Assembly: GCA_964349945.1 (NCBI GenBank)
Contig: CAYGIH010000001.1
Coordinates: 3,934-67,933 of the forward strand
Length of the DNA stretch: 64,000 nt
From: an uncultured Candidatus Saccharibacteria bacterium
GTDB taxonomy: Bacteria; Patescibacteriota; Minisyncoccia; Phycocordibacterales; Zambryskibacteraceae
Direction of reading: 5' to 3'
Below the pieces are notes generated by a model, which saw only the letters and a list, made by a program, of their open reading frames with translations, was not told the origin of the DNA and did not search any database. The position numbers were made by a program, and so were the translations under genes. Shown here piece by piece: positions 48,801-56,000 of the stretch; the stretch's first letter is position 1, and each line of letters opens with the position of its first letter.

Positions 48801-49788
48801 CATAGGTACTACAAATCCCGGACAACAACTTACCGTCGCTGGTTCAATTGGATTTCTTGGAGTAACCAATGGAGCGGGGACTGCTTATCTCTGTCAGACT
48901 TTGGCGACTGGTGTAGTCTCAACTTCGACTACTGCTTGTAACCCTTCATCTATGAGGTTCAAGGATAATGTTGCAAATATAAATTATGGATTGAATGAAG
49001 TGATTCGTATGAGACCAACAACATTTGATTACAAACCAGAATTACTCGTACCTGGTCACCAAGTTGGATTCATTGCAGAAGATATGGCTGGCATAATCCC
49101 TGAAGTAGTTGGTTATGATTCAAACGGTTTGCCTTCAAACATTGATTATGGGAAGTTGACTCCAGTGTTAGTGAGAGCAATCCAAGAACTTGATTTGAAG
49201 TTTGATTTATTAAATGCTTCTACCACCGCATCGCTCTCACAAATTTCATTGGCTATCCAAGACCAGAGTCTGAAGATAGAAAGTATGCAAGCTGACATAG
49301 CCAACCTCATGAATACTGCTTCAACCACTCTAGCTACTCTCTCTACTCAAGAACAAAGAATTTCTGACATCGAAACATTGATTGCTTCATCAACAATATT
49401 TACAATAGCTACAAGTACAGCAACATCTTCAATAGATACAAATAATGGATTCCTCGCAAATATTATCTCTTGGTTAGGAAGTATGACAAATGGAATAGGG
49501 GACGTGTTCGCGAGTACGTTTAATGCGAAGGATAAAATCTGCGTAGATGGGGAATGTCTAACCAAGGATGATATCAGGGCCATGCTTTTGGTTATACATC
49601 CAGCAACCACAACAACAGATACGGGCACTACCACTCCAACTACAGATGTTGGCTTAACTCCTACTACAATAATAGATACATCCACAACCACCCCTATACT
49701 AGATACAAGTTCAACTACCACCCCTACTATAGACACCACTACGACAACAGTAACAATAGATACAGCCTCAACCACTCCAGTTATATAG
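39898..49788 (+). CDS. Giant (about 3290 aa) type-II membrane-anchored surface protein. It has two cytoplasmic HTH_17-like domains, one TM helix, and a tail-fibre-like GNVGIGTT repeat ectodomain. It also has a 7-blade propeller-like block and a C-terminal peptidase-S74 intramolecular-chaperone domain.
   Basis: Single uninterrupted ORF. The track start is a TTG at 39898, preceded by AGGAGA 7 nt upstream. An alternative start is the ATG at 39922 (MNKDYF...), which aligns with the gene 2 N-terminus. See the domain features below. Confidence 0.85.
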   Translation: MPRFTINLMNKDYFAEEAKYISAKVASKKTGYAQDHIGALVRSGKVIGKKIGRAWFVDLESLENHKNSQSFKSDKKVSPIKKSLERALVSASFASTKVGYAQDHIGALIRTGKVKGKKIGRAWFVDLESLENHKTNIKLKTVLKPTAKILPIASIAPIEPRLSLPHPISQKVIKYEEEVAPKFVEVSKDKYKIKKELLLRELLGGALITSMLIMVVTLASVSGIKQIAKTDTFNKLADGSISAEISQGLNNTSASILATISDGLQNLWNNLFGKKENTVLVVVPPDSLSNKEPTLKPSTSEGSGKTTIINNPPAQTIINEYKSITQVTPLDLTLDDVVNNGDTTRLDVRLLGNVEIGKNLNIKGSIVSGSSVIAKNGSFSSLSTSGDFSAGGEITLGNPEDNFIINSKNVSIDKDGNTTFLGNFFSANASTTNVYAVNSTSTNSYISLLTGDIATITNFTGTNNTLTNLIYTNATGTNSTTTNLFANSGVITNLNTNNLSLGTTSTSANINIVQTSNGSTTIQANRITDAAPAGDFIRYNNAANDTTLFRVDNSGNLYAGGIINSGSQTITSTSQPQFRVQYDASNENTNSISATGVSTFGFNGSTPRAIFTPQLNATNSFTFTDLSSTPIFNIDTLNQIVSAPHFLSTSSTTLQNFTFINATGTSATTTNLYTTLLVAGSATTTNLFSTNGAFTNLLSSYATTTNLYSSGQTILAGTSGNVGIGTTNPTNALSFGNSQNQKIWVENSTNVIAGRALTLSAGSTVNTGLVDFAPLSQANLNWWSMAAAPSGNVYAAAYNNNLYKQTNGTGNFVAQGLNGGLWGVAVAPNGNVYVAKHNDDIYMQTNETGSFVALGQTPSSWGAMAAAPSGNVYALKVYSGAGLYKQTNGTGDFNLVVSGSWNAVAVAPNGNVYLVGSSDIYMQTNETGSFVALGQGAKSWQSVTVAPNGDVYAVVYGGDVYRQTGGTGNFVALGQISRNWQSMAAAPNGNIYAGVGGGDIYMNVAQGGTADLAGGNLILSAGVGKGTGASNISFLTGTTLTSGTTLQALSEKMTILGNGNVGIGTTSPTYKLSVEGSSTLGNQAIAGYFTATSTTATSTFAGAVGIGTTNPTRAFEIVGNVENNNTGTASQLSIRGTASTIDKLNIGYNTTSNFGFIEAVRESSVTQNLILGPVGGNVGIGITNPNSKLAVNGTIAIAATVSTSIPQTLIWSRQSDNWTPASIGQLYDGSTYGGYLVFNTHTSNLTIGDQATPLERMRIDSSGNVGIGTTSPAYKLSVEGSSTLGNQAIAGYFTATSTTATSTFAGGITGPNNFIVQQVSGNVGIGVNPTSNKLEVTGVTKINGTLTVDGQGTYTIIGQSTGSSPAWFQTKNGSGAFNEFGIVGSNGQFAVTTITDDAVFKFTGSNFVIVGDNQLEKYRFTSLGKFGIGSTSPTYQLSVEGSSTLGNQAIAGYFTATSTTATSTFAGGISGPNNFVVQQGSGNVGIGVTNPQGKLDVSEIPDLGSVYFRSTGRPFIDIKGGANSYKTLRFSDGADGTYKWDVNVLPADDGTLPNGFRISNSGGTALSINSTNYYVGLGGINSPAGVLDVNVGGGQSVYFRSAGRPFVDIKGGASDYKTLRFSEGADSTYLWDVNVEPTNNNMEFWGGGGFRVAFTSGGSVGIGTANPGYMLDVSGSNATSPMIVARNAVNSGDTNWGSLGILNDAAYAVGNNARLMFLAHDSSQVIHPYASLGLEVEGNYMGAITFNTRTVGGATGERMRITNAGNVGIGSTTPAYKLSVEGSSTLGNQAIAGYFTATSTTATSTFSGAVGIGTTSPNAKLAITGTSVSANNKTFVVTDSSNNKLFTILDDGKVAVGARDPFYNKFTINLGVNQNIGFDNDGGVSRIQFRNDVNSGHVPGVFSASSFSFLSGNVGINLPSFSSIPSSQLDVNGNIVRQVDATGVETRIGIHSNDGPITATFGGTLIGTTGVTDGNGNTSNYIAFHTYKSGVRSGEVMRIDENGNIGIGTTSPMANLTINGTTGAISQSGTASGGTLRITEYPNSGAMFLIGTNGGNYGYIQYTNSADKSVGYPLVLNPTAGNVGIGTTTPTGKLHIVSNTIPSLVGSAAAGIIITSQQNSGTELAMGVDLTNSPYPAYLQSRHAGNGTAYPLALNPLGGNVGIGTTNPGTKLDIQGNDTTAYSTSLAVSPSGSDLLRLYNMSNSSNFTAIELGSRNSGAAIGRIVLVDDGGANGDFAFQLRNASGANTVEKMRITTTGNVGIGTTAPFTKLTIKGTTFAEMDLTNGSTALLGNDILGKYSFRSVDADAHVGGDQTLGGMYGIIVHEAGGTGVIDGSADEGMELSFTTSKRPSPNTLFTLTEAMRINKLGNVGIGTTTPGAAFHLYKSNASQPFALFEDIGIDSNPAIQIKNDAQAWNLHTVGARSNNFEIFNATAGGAAANAYLTVTTAGNVGIGTTSPTTKLVVNGGDISVVDVNPSIMLKSSASGEHYGFLQFDHTEGDFLRMFDGTTYSMHWRAGNVGIGTTTPTAALTVKDNNLNKNAIEIQSSAVSPNNYIWGLSAQSNNFFYINQGSNYGTPTTRLTIDNNGNVGIGVTNPGKRLSVGTTGTGDIGVGGSIYIGENSPYAGGGNLYLDATGTGDRDFNLIQYNGASWVTNLFVNGGNGNVGIGTTTPTSHLDVYGSAISQANFNSIFTNLHTGASVVKIEASADTTVNTFYHRLLDLDYSGDASGVTGTYMRMLTGGTERFGIGLSNDEFAITSNAVEVLHITTAGNVGIGTTNPNSLLELKGNGARMAVRDDGVSTDAINFGTDTSGNGIFQMYDTNGVQRVNLYSHQTEGIANYWFTNGNVGIGTTSPGAKLHLTSSVANDTYLFLDAAHATAGTAGGLVQRRARGSISSPSAVSSGDRLGLFVAQGYGSTAYGTAGGMTVIADGTPSGDNIPGRVEFWTSTASLQDQIRMTIKNDGNVGIGTTNPGQQLTVAGSIGFLGVTNGAGTAYLCQTLATGVVSTSTTACNPSSMRFKDNVANINYGLNEVIRMRPTTFDYKPELLVPGHQVGFIAEDMAGIIPEVVGYDSNGLPSNIDYGKLTPVLVRAIQELDLKFDLLNASTTASLSQISLAIQDQSLKIESMQADIANLMNTASTTLATLSTQEQRISDIETLIASSTIFTIATSTATSSIDTNNGFLANIISWLGSMTNGIGDVFASTFNAKDKICVDGECLTKDDIRAMLLVIHPATTTTDTGTTTPTTDVGLTPTTIIDTSTTTPILDTSSTTTPTIDTTTTTVTIDTASTTPVI
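39958..40095 (+). other. HTH_17-like domain, repeat 1, of giant protein 1 (cytoplasmic)
   Basis: 'ISAKVASKKTGYAQDHIGALVRSGKVIGKKIGRAWFVDLESLENHK'. This aligns with excisionase/MerR HTH_17 (..G.s..ti..li..G.l...kiGr.W.i...dLe..). Confidence 0.55.
40168..40299 (+). other. HTH_17-like domain, repeat 2, of giant protein 1
   Basis: 'ASFASTKVGYAQDHIGALIRTGKVKGKKIGRAWFVDLESLENHK' is nearly identical to repeat 1. Confidence 0.55.
40364..41136 (+). repeat. 773-bp segment of giant gene 1 that is 100% identical to 50546-51318 in giant gene 2
   Basis: Line-by-line comparison shows it is identical throughout. It covers the juxtamembrane region, the TM helix and the first ~190 aa of the ectodomain. Flanking sequence is only about 85% identical. 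Confidence 0.8.
40501..40569 (+). other. Single transmembrane anchor of giant protein 1 (N-in, C-out predicted)
   Basis: 'LLGGALITSMLIMVVTLASVSGI' is preceded by the basic stretch 'KDKYKIKKELLLRE', following the positive-inside rule. Confidence 0.6.
42241..42909 (+). other. Seven tandem ~40-aa repeats (beta-propeller-like) in giant protein 1
   Basis: The repeats follow the pattern W..[AV]A[AV]APNGNVYA......IY[KM]QTN[GE]TG[NS]FVALGQ, 7 times. Confidence 0.5.
43103..43228 (+). repeat. About 110-bp intragenic module, copy A (encodes ..YKLSVEGSSTLGNQAIAGYFTATSTTATSTFAGAVGIGTT..)
   Basis: Near-identical at the DNA level to copies at 43713, 44197, 45220 (gene 1) and 53044, 53695, 54247 (gene 2). 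Confidence 0.7.
43713..43815 (+). repeat. 110-bp module copy B
   Basis: gcatacaaactctccgtcgaaggttcatcaactctcggcaatcaagccatcgcaggatacttcactgcgacttctacaacagccacttcgacgtttgc. Confidence 0.7.
44197..44300 (+). repeat. 110-bp module copy C
   Basis: acttatcaactttccgtcgaaggttcgtccactcttggtaatcaagctattgcgggatacttcactgcgacttcgactacagccacatcaacatttgc. Confidence 0.65.
45220..45346 (+). repeat. 110-bp module copy D
   Basis: gcatacaaactctccgtcgaaggctcttccacacttggtaaccaagctatcgcaggatactttactgccacttcaaccacagctacttcaactttttc. Confidence 0.65.
48936..49220 (+). other. Peptidase S74 / tail-fibre intramolecular chaperone auto-processing domain at the C-terminus of giant protein 1
   Basis: 'NPSSMRFKDNVANINYGLNEVIRMRPTTFDYKPE...HQVGFIAEDMAGIIPEVV...IDYGKLTPVLVRAIQELD' matches the endosialidase/tail-spike chaperone pattern: a Ser-x4-Lys dyad, GFIAQEv..P.lV, and vDY..L...Li.AiQEL. 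A predicted coiled coil follows (49221-49400), then a Thr-rich tail (49600-49785). Confidence 0.6.
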
Positions 49789-49794
49789 GAGTAA

Positions 49795-49815
49795 GTTTAT
49801 TAAACATTAATAAAC
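49795..49815. promoter_or_regulatory. Perfect palindrome GTTTATTAA-ACA-TTAATAAAC, 7 nt after the giant gene 1 stop and upstream of giant gene 2
   Basis: 9-bp perfect inverted arms around an ACA centre. A degenerate copy lies at 39583-39603, upstream of the small HTH gene. Confidence 0.45.
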
Positions 49816-49829
49816 TAGGATAGAGAAAC

Positions 49830-49947
49830 TAGCTTTTAGCTGTTAAATTATAGCTGCTAGTAGATTCAGCTATTAGCTAAGAGCTTTCAGCTTCTAGCTT
49901 ATGATTCAAATAAGTTCTTAATACCAATAGCTCACAGCTAGTAGCTA
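49830..49947. repeat. AGCT-rich degenerate heptamer tract ([CT]AGCTNN, 7-bp phasing) in the intergenic region between the giant genes
   Basis: About a dozen AGCT tetramers between 49831 and 49987. Runs with exact 7-bp spacing: 49868/75/82/89/96, 49831/38 and 49928/35/42. Confidence 0.5.
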
Positions 49948-50018
49948 GTCAAGAAAGATGACAGTTCGTAGCCAGCACTTAAAAGCTGCACTAAAAATTT
50001 ATATAAATTTTAGTGCTA

Positions 50019-50030
50019 GTTGTCCACAAA
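50019..50030 (+). promoter_or_regulatory. Second copy of the conserved GTTGTCCACAAA box, 64 nt upstream of the giant gene 2 start
   Basis: Same 12-mer and same spacing as at 39858. Confidence 0.45.
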
Positions 50031-50082
50031 GTGATATATATTCTGCTAGGATAATTGTAATTGGAATTCTATAATATATGTT

Positions 50083-53000
50083 GTGAATAAAGAACTTTTT
50101 AGCGAGAACGGAGAATTCATCTCGTCGAGACTTGCCTCAAAAAAAATTGGTTATTCTCATGACCATATTAGTGCTCTCATCCGTTCTGGAAAAGTTAGTG
50201 GAAAGAAAGTTGGCCGTGTTTGGTTGGTAGATTTTCATTCACTAGAAAATTATAAAAAAAGTATTGATTTAAAGAACTTTGAGCCAGGAAAAATAAGTGG
50301 CCAAATGAGATCATACACGTTTAAGACTAAAAATCACTTAGGTAAGAATTTTTTATCTGTAGAGAAGGCTTCTAAGAAAATTGGTTATAGTCAGGACCAT
50401 ATAGGAGCCCTTGTTCGTGGAGGAAAGGTGGCTGGTCAAAAAATTGGGAGAGTGTGGTACGTAGATTTTAGATCTCTCCGTAGGCACAAAAAAAGTCAAA
50501 GAATTATATTTAGGCAGAATGTTCAAAAGCCAACAACGAATGTTCCACCAATTGAACCAAGACTTTCTTTACCCCATCCAATTAGTCAAAAGGTAATTAA
50601 GTATGAAGAAGAAGTCGCTCCAAAATTTGTAGAGGTTTCTAAGGACAAATATAAGATAAAGAAAGAACTACTTCTCAGGGAACTTCTAGGGGGAGCTCTC
50701 ATCACCTCAATGCTCATTATGGTGGTCACCCTTGCTTCTGTCTCTGGTATAAAACAAATAGCTAAAACAGATACATTTAATAAATTGGCCGATGGTTCAA
50801 TCAGTGCAGAAATATCTCAAGGTTTAAACAATACTAGCGCTTCTATCCTAGCTACTATCTCGGATGGATTACAGAATCTTTGGAATAATCTCTTTGGTAA
50901 GAAAGAAAATACTGTTTTGGTAGTGGTGCCACCAGATTCTCTTTCTAATAAAGAACCAACATTAAAACCCTCTACATCAGAAGGTTCAGGTAAGACTACT
51001 ATAATCAATAATCCTCCGGCTCAAACAATCATCAATGAATACAAATCCATCACTCAAGTCACTCCGCTAGATCTAACCTTGGATGATGTGGTAAACAATG
51101 GTGATACAACAAGACTGGATGTACGTTTACTCGGTAATGTAGAAATAGGAAAAAACCTTAATATTAAGGGCAGTATCGTTTCTGGCAGTTCAGTTATAGC
51201 CAAAAATGGCTCTTTTTCTTCGCTTAGCACTAGTGGAGATTTCTCTGCAGGAGGAGAGATAACCCTAGGGAATCCAGAAGATAACTTCATCATTAATTCT
51301 AAGAATGTTTCTATAGATGAAGATGGTAATGCCAACTTTGTTGGTGGGCTGACTGCGACTTTTTTGGATTTGACTGGGCCAACCACTATGGGTGATTTGG
51401 AATTTAATAATGCCACAGGCACTTCTGCTACTACTACAAATCTTGCTACCACTAATTTCACCACTTCTAACCTCAACACGAATAATTTAAGTCTTGGGAC
51501 TACTTCAACTTCTGCCAACATTAATATCACCCAAACTGCCAATGGTTCAACTACTATCCAAGCCAACAGATTCACTGATGCTGCACCAAGTGGAGATTTC
51601 ATCAGATACAACAATGCGGCGAATGACACCACACTCTTTCGAGTAGATAATTCTGGCAACCTTTATGCAGGAGGAATCATTAACTCTGGTTCTCAAACCA
51701 TCACCTCCACCTCTCAACCGCAATTTAGAATTCAATACGATGCATCAAATGAAAACACCACTTCAGTTACCTTAAACGGAGTTACTACATATGGTTTCAA
51801 TGGTACCACCCCTCGAGCTATCTTCACTCCGCAGTCTAACCGCACTGATACCTTTACTTTTACTGATGCATCATCAAATCCAATATTTAATATTGATACG
51901 ACTAATCAACGAGTAGGTATTGGCACTACTTCTCCATTCGCTAAACTTTCAATCAGTAATGCAGTCACAGATACAGTCAACACTCCACTTCTAAATATTT
52001 CTTCAACTACCGGAGGTACATCAACTACTACTTTGTTTACAGTTCTTGCGAGTGGAAATGTGGGTATAGGAACTACGTCGCCAACAAATAAACTTAGTGT
52101 TTCAGGAAACGCCGATATTTCAGGCACTCTTACTGTTTCTGGAAATGCGGCGTTTGGAGGTGGTACGGTTCAAGGCAATGCTGTAGTGTATGCGTCTAAG
52201 ACAATAACATCAGTTTTATCTCAAGCAGGTTTAAGTGGAGTGCTTACTCTTAATCCCAGTGGCAATACAAGTGCGAGTTATCTCGGTGGTCAAGGGGCTC
52301 TTCTTGTTTCAAGTGGAAATGTAAGAAATCTTACAGGTACGATTTTAGGACTACTTGGTGAGGTTCAACATAGTGGTACCGGAATTTTAAGCAATCCAAT
52401 CGGTGTGATTGGTAATGTGATAAATAAATCATCCGGCAACATGACGAATGCTCAGGGGGTTAGATCCAGTATTGATAATAATGGTACTGGAATAATCACC
52501 AATGCTTATGGTACATACGCGATTATAGATAATACGAACACAGGCACAACAACAAATGCTTTTGATTTATTTGCTGCGAACGGAGCAGTTTCCGCAGGAA
52601 GAATTGATAATTATTATGGTCTTTATTTAGAAAATATAACTGCTGGAGCACTGACTAATTATTCGATTTATTCTGCTGGTGGTAATAATTATTTTGGTGG
52701 AAATGTAGGCATAGGGACGACGAATCCTGGGTATAAACTTGATGTTGTTGGAAATGTGGATGGAGCAGTGAATGCATACGGCATGAGAAATCTTAGTGAT
52801 GGTGGCAGTGCCTATAGTATTTTCCAAATGTGGAATAATACAGCCAATACTGCTGGATTTTTCTTTAATTCATCCAATCGTGGTGGAGATGGTGGGCCAA
52901 ATGGATTCTCTTTCTTCAATGATGCTGGGCCAGTAAGATTTAGGGGTAATGGAAATGTGATTTTTGCCACAGGGGCTTATCCGGGTGTAGATAAAATGAT

Positions 53001-56000
53001 TCTTTCTTCTGGGGGTAATTTTGGTATTGCTACTTCTTCTCCTACATATGCTCTCTCCGTCGAAGGTTCATCAACTCTTGGTAATCAAGCTATTGCTGGT
53101 TACTTCACTGCAACTTCTACAACAGCTACGTCTACGTTTGCTGGAGCGGTGGGGATTGGGACGACAACGCCTTCCTCTAAGTTTGCGATCACAGGCTTGG
53201 GAACAGGTATTGGTAGAGCCTTTGTTGTTGCTGATTCTACAAATTCAGAGAAACTTTCAGTTCTTGATAATGGAAGCATTGTTTCAAATGGCCAAATTAC
53301 TTTCCCTAATTCGAATGGTCTCCATTCTGGTTATGGCATAGGGAATAGTGGCGAAAATCGTCTCCAATTTAATGGAGGTCCTAATGGATATGTTTTCAAT
53401 AGTTATAGCAATGGTTCGAATATTTTGAGTATAGATAATACTGGAAATATCGGTGTGCTTGGTTCAAACATTAGTCTGGGTACAGGCAGTGGTTCATATT
53501 CACAAGTTATCTTGAGTACTTCAGGTAGGAATTGGGATTTTGGGGTGGATACTGGTTCAGCTCCTGTTGGGGGGTTCTCTATACGTGATAGAGATAATTC
53601 CTATGCAAAAGTATTTACCTTGGAAGCTGGTGCACCAAATGGTTCATTTTATGTAAAAAATTCTGGCAACGTTGGTATTGGCACTACCTCTCCAACACAC
53701 AAACTCTCCGTTGAAGGTTCATCAACTCTTGGTAATCAAGCCATCGCTGGATATTTTACTGCGACTTCGACTACAGCTACTTCGACTTTCGCTGGAGATG
53801 TGAGAATTGCAAATAATAAAAAATTAGGTTTCCAACCTGTTCAAGGATATGACCATGCGAAATGGAACATGTCTGTTGATACAAATAATGATTTCACATT
53901 TAATGGTGAGGCTGGTAAAAACCTTACCTTTGCTGGTTTTGGTTCACTTGCTGCATGGCCGGAAAATGTAAGCCATCTCATATCTGGAACTGGAGATTTT
54001 CAAATGGATGGTTATACAGGTGGACAGTTGCGTTATCTCGGTGGTGATGCGAATTGGTATTCAGGTGCCGCAAGTGATTATTCGCTCGATGGAAGTTTTG
54101 GTATGAGATTTAGTATTGGTGCATCTGGAAACTCAAATCGAGGATGGACATTTTATGATAATACTTCATCAACGATTGAGGCTGCTATTTCATCTATAGG
54201 AAATGGATACTTTAGAGGAAGTTTGGGTATAGGCACCACAACTCCCGCATACAAACTTTCTGTCGAAGGTTCATCAACTCTCGGCAATCAAGCTATTGCA
54301 GGATATTTCACTGCAACTTCAACTACGGCTACTTCAACATTTGCAGGTGCGGTGGGGATTGGGACGACAACCCCAACTTCAAAAATGAGTATCGTTGGAA
54401 ATGGGTCTTCTGGAATTTTTGGACCATATATGAGCAACGTTTTGAATGTTAGTGGTGCAAATTTAGGTACTACCGCAGGGGATAATTCGCTCATTGCGTC
54501 GTTTGGTGCTGATGTTGGATCAGGTTGGCAAAATGCTTTAGGAATTAGAAGTTATAGATATTCAAATGGAAATGGTTATACTACTGCAGGAATAATGCTT
54601 GGGCTTGATTACAATACTGCGCCGATAATGAGTTATATAGGTTTGAATCAAAACGGCAATATTGGAATAGGAACAATGGACCCTCAAAAAAAATTAACAA
54701 TTGAAGTTGGGGGTGGTATTGATTATCAACTGCGTTTGGGTAAATCAAACGCTTATTATGATATAGGTAGAAATGATGTTGATGGATTACTGTACTTTAC
54801 AGGTAATCAAAGCTTTCCATATGTTGGTTATGTTTTCAATACTGGTAATTTAGGAATAGGCACTACTTCTCCATATCAGAAACTGGCAGTAGTTGGGAAT
54901 GTTTTGGCTGATGCATTTATTGCCACCTCGACTACTGCCACATCAACATTCTCAGGATTTATAGATGTAAATGGCACAGGGACAAATGCTACATCAACCT
55001 TCGCTTCAAACCTTTGGGTCAAGGGAGGATTGAAAGTAGGAACTGGTTCACTTTATCTGAATGATGCAGGTATCACTTCATCAGATGGAAACCTTTCAAT
55101 CCAAAGAAATACTAGTTCATATTTACTTGGTGGAAACGTGGGCATAGGGACAACTACACCAAATAAGAAATTTGTAATTCGAAGCAATAGTGACGCTAGT
55201 TTTTTAAGATTAGAGACTGATGGGACACACGGTGTTAAACCAATTATTTCTTTTGATTCAGGATTATCTGGAATTAATAGAATGGATAAGGCTCAAATTC
55301 AGGGTGGATATGATTCTGTGCAAAGTGGTTCTGGTGGTATTTTAAATTTTTTGACTAAAGATACTTCCGAAGTGTTGCAAAGTAGAATGTATTTAGATGC
55401 AATGGGTAATGTAGGGATAGGAACGACGGGACCGGGGGCACTATTAGATCTCTACAAGTCGGATGCGATCACTGGGGCGGGATTAAGAATTGTGAGTCAA
55501 GATACTGCCGTGGGCAGTCCTCCGTTTTCTACTATAGAATTCAAAACTTCACGGACAGATTCCACCAGCCTTCTACAAGCAGGCAGAATAGTCAGTGGTT
55601 GGGATGGTGCTGGATATGACACTGCGCGTACCACACTTCAATATCCTACAGGAGCTGATGCTTGGACTGATGGACTAACTCTTAAATACGGCAATGTTGG
55701 TATAGGGACAACGAATCCAGGGGCAAAATTGGATATTGGAACAACAGTAGATGGTAGTAAAACATTAGGAATTAATGGAGCAGATACAGCTTGGGATGCT
55801 ATTAGTTTCAATGCAGCATCTGCAGCCAAGAGTTATTCTATTGCGAGACGAGGGTCTGCAGAATATTTTGGTATTCTTAATAATGGTAATTGGCGCCTTG
55901 TTATAGCAGATACTACTGGTAATGTCGGTATAGGGACGACCACTCCTGGTTCTTTGTTGCATGCATATGCTGGTTCTGGTAATCCAGAATTTAGACTTGA

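Larger units (their letters stand above)
42055..48840 (+). repeat. Region of dozens of 'GNVGIGTT(N/S/T)P' tail-fibre-type repeats in giant protein 1
   Basis: The motif G(N)VGIGTT.P..KL.V recurs at irregular spacing of about 40-150 aa. Its reverse complement produces the spurious minus-strand ORFs containing 'VVPIPT'. Confidence 0.8.
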
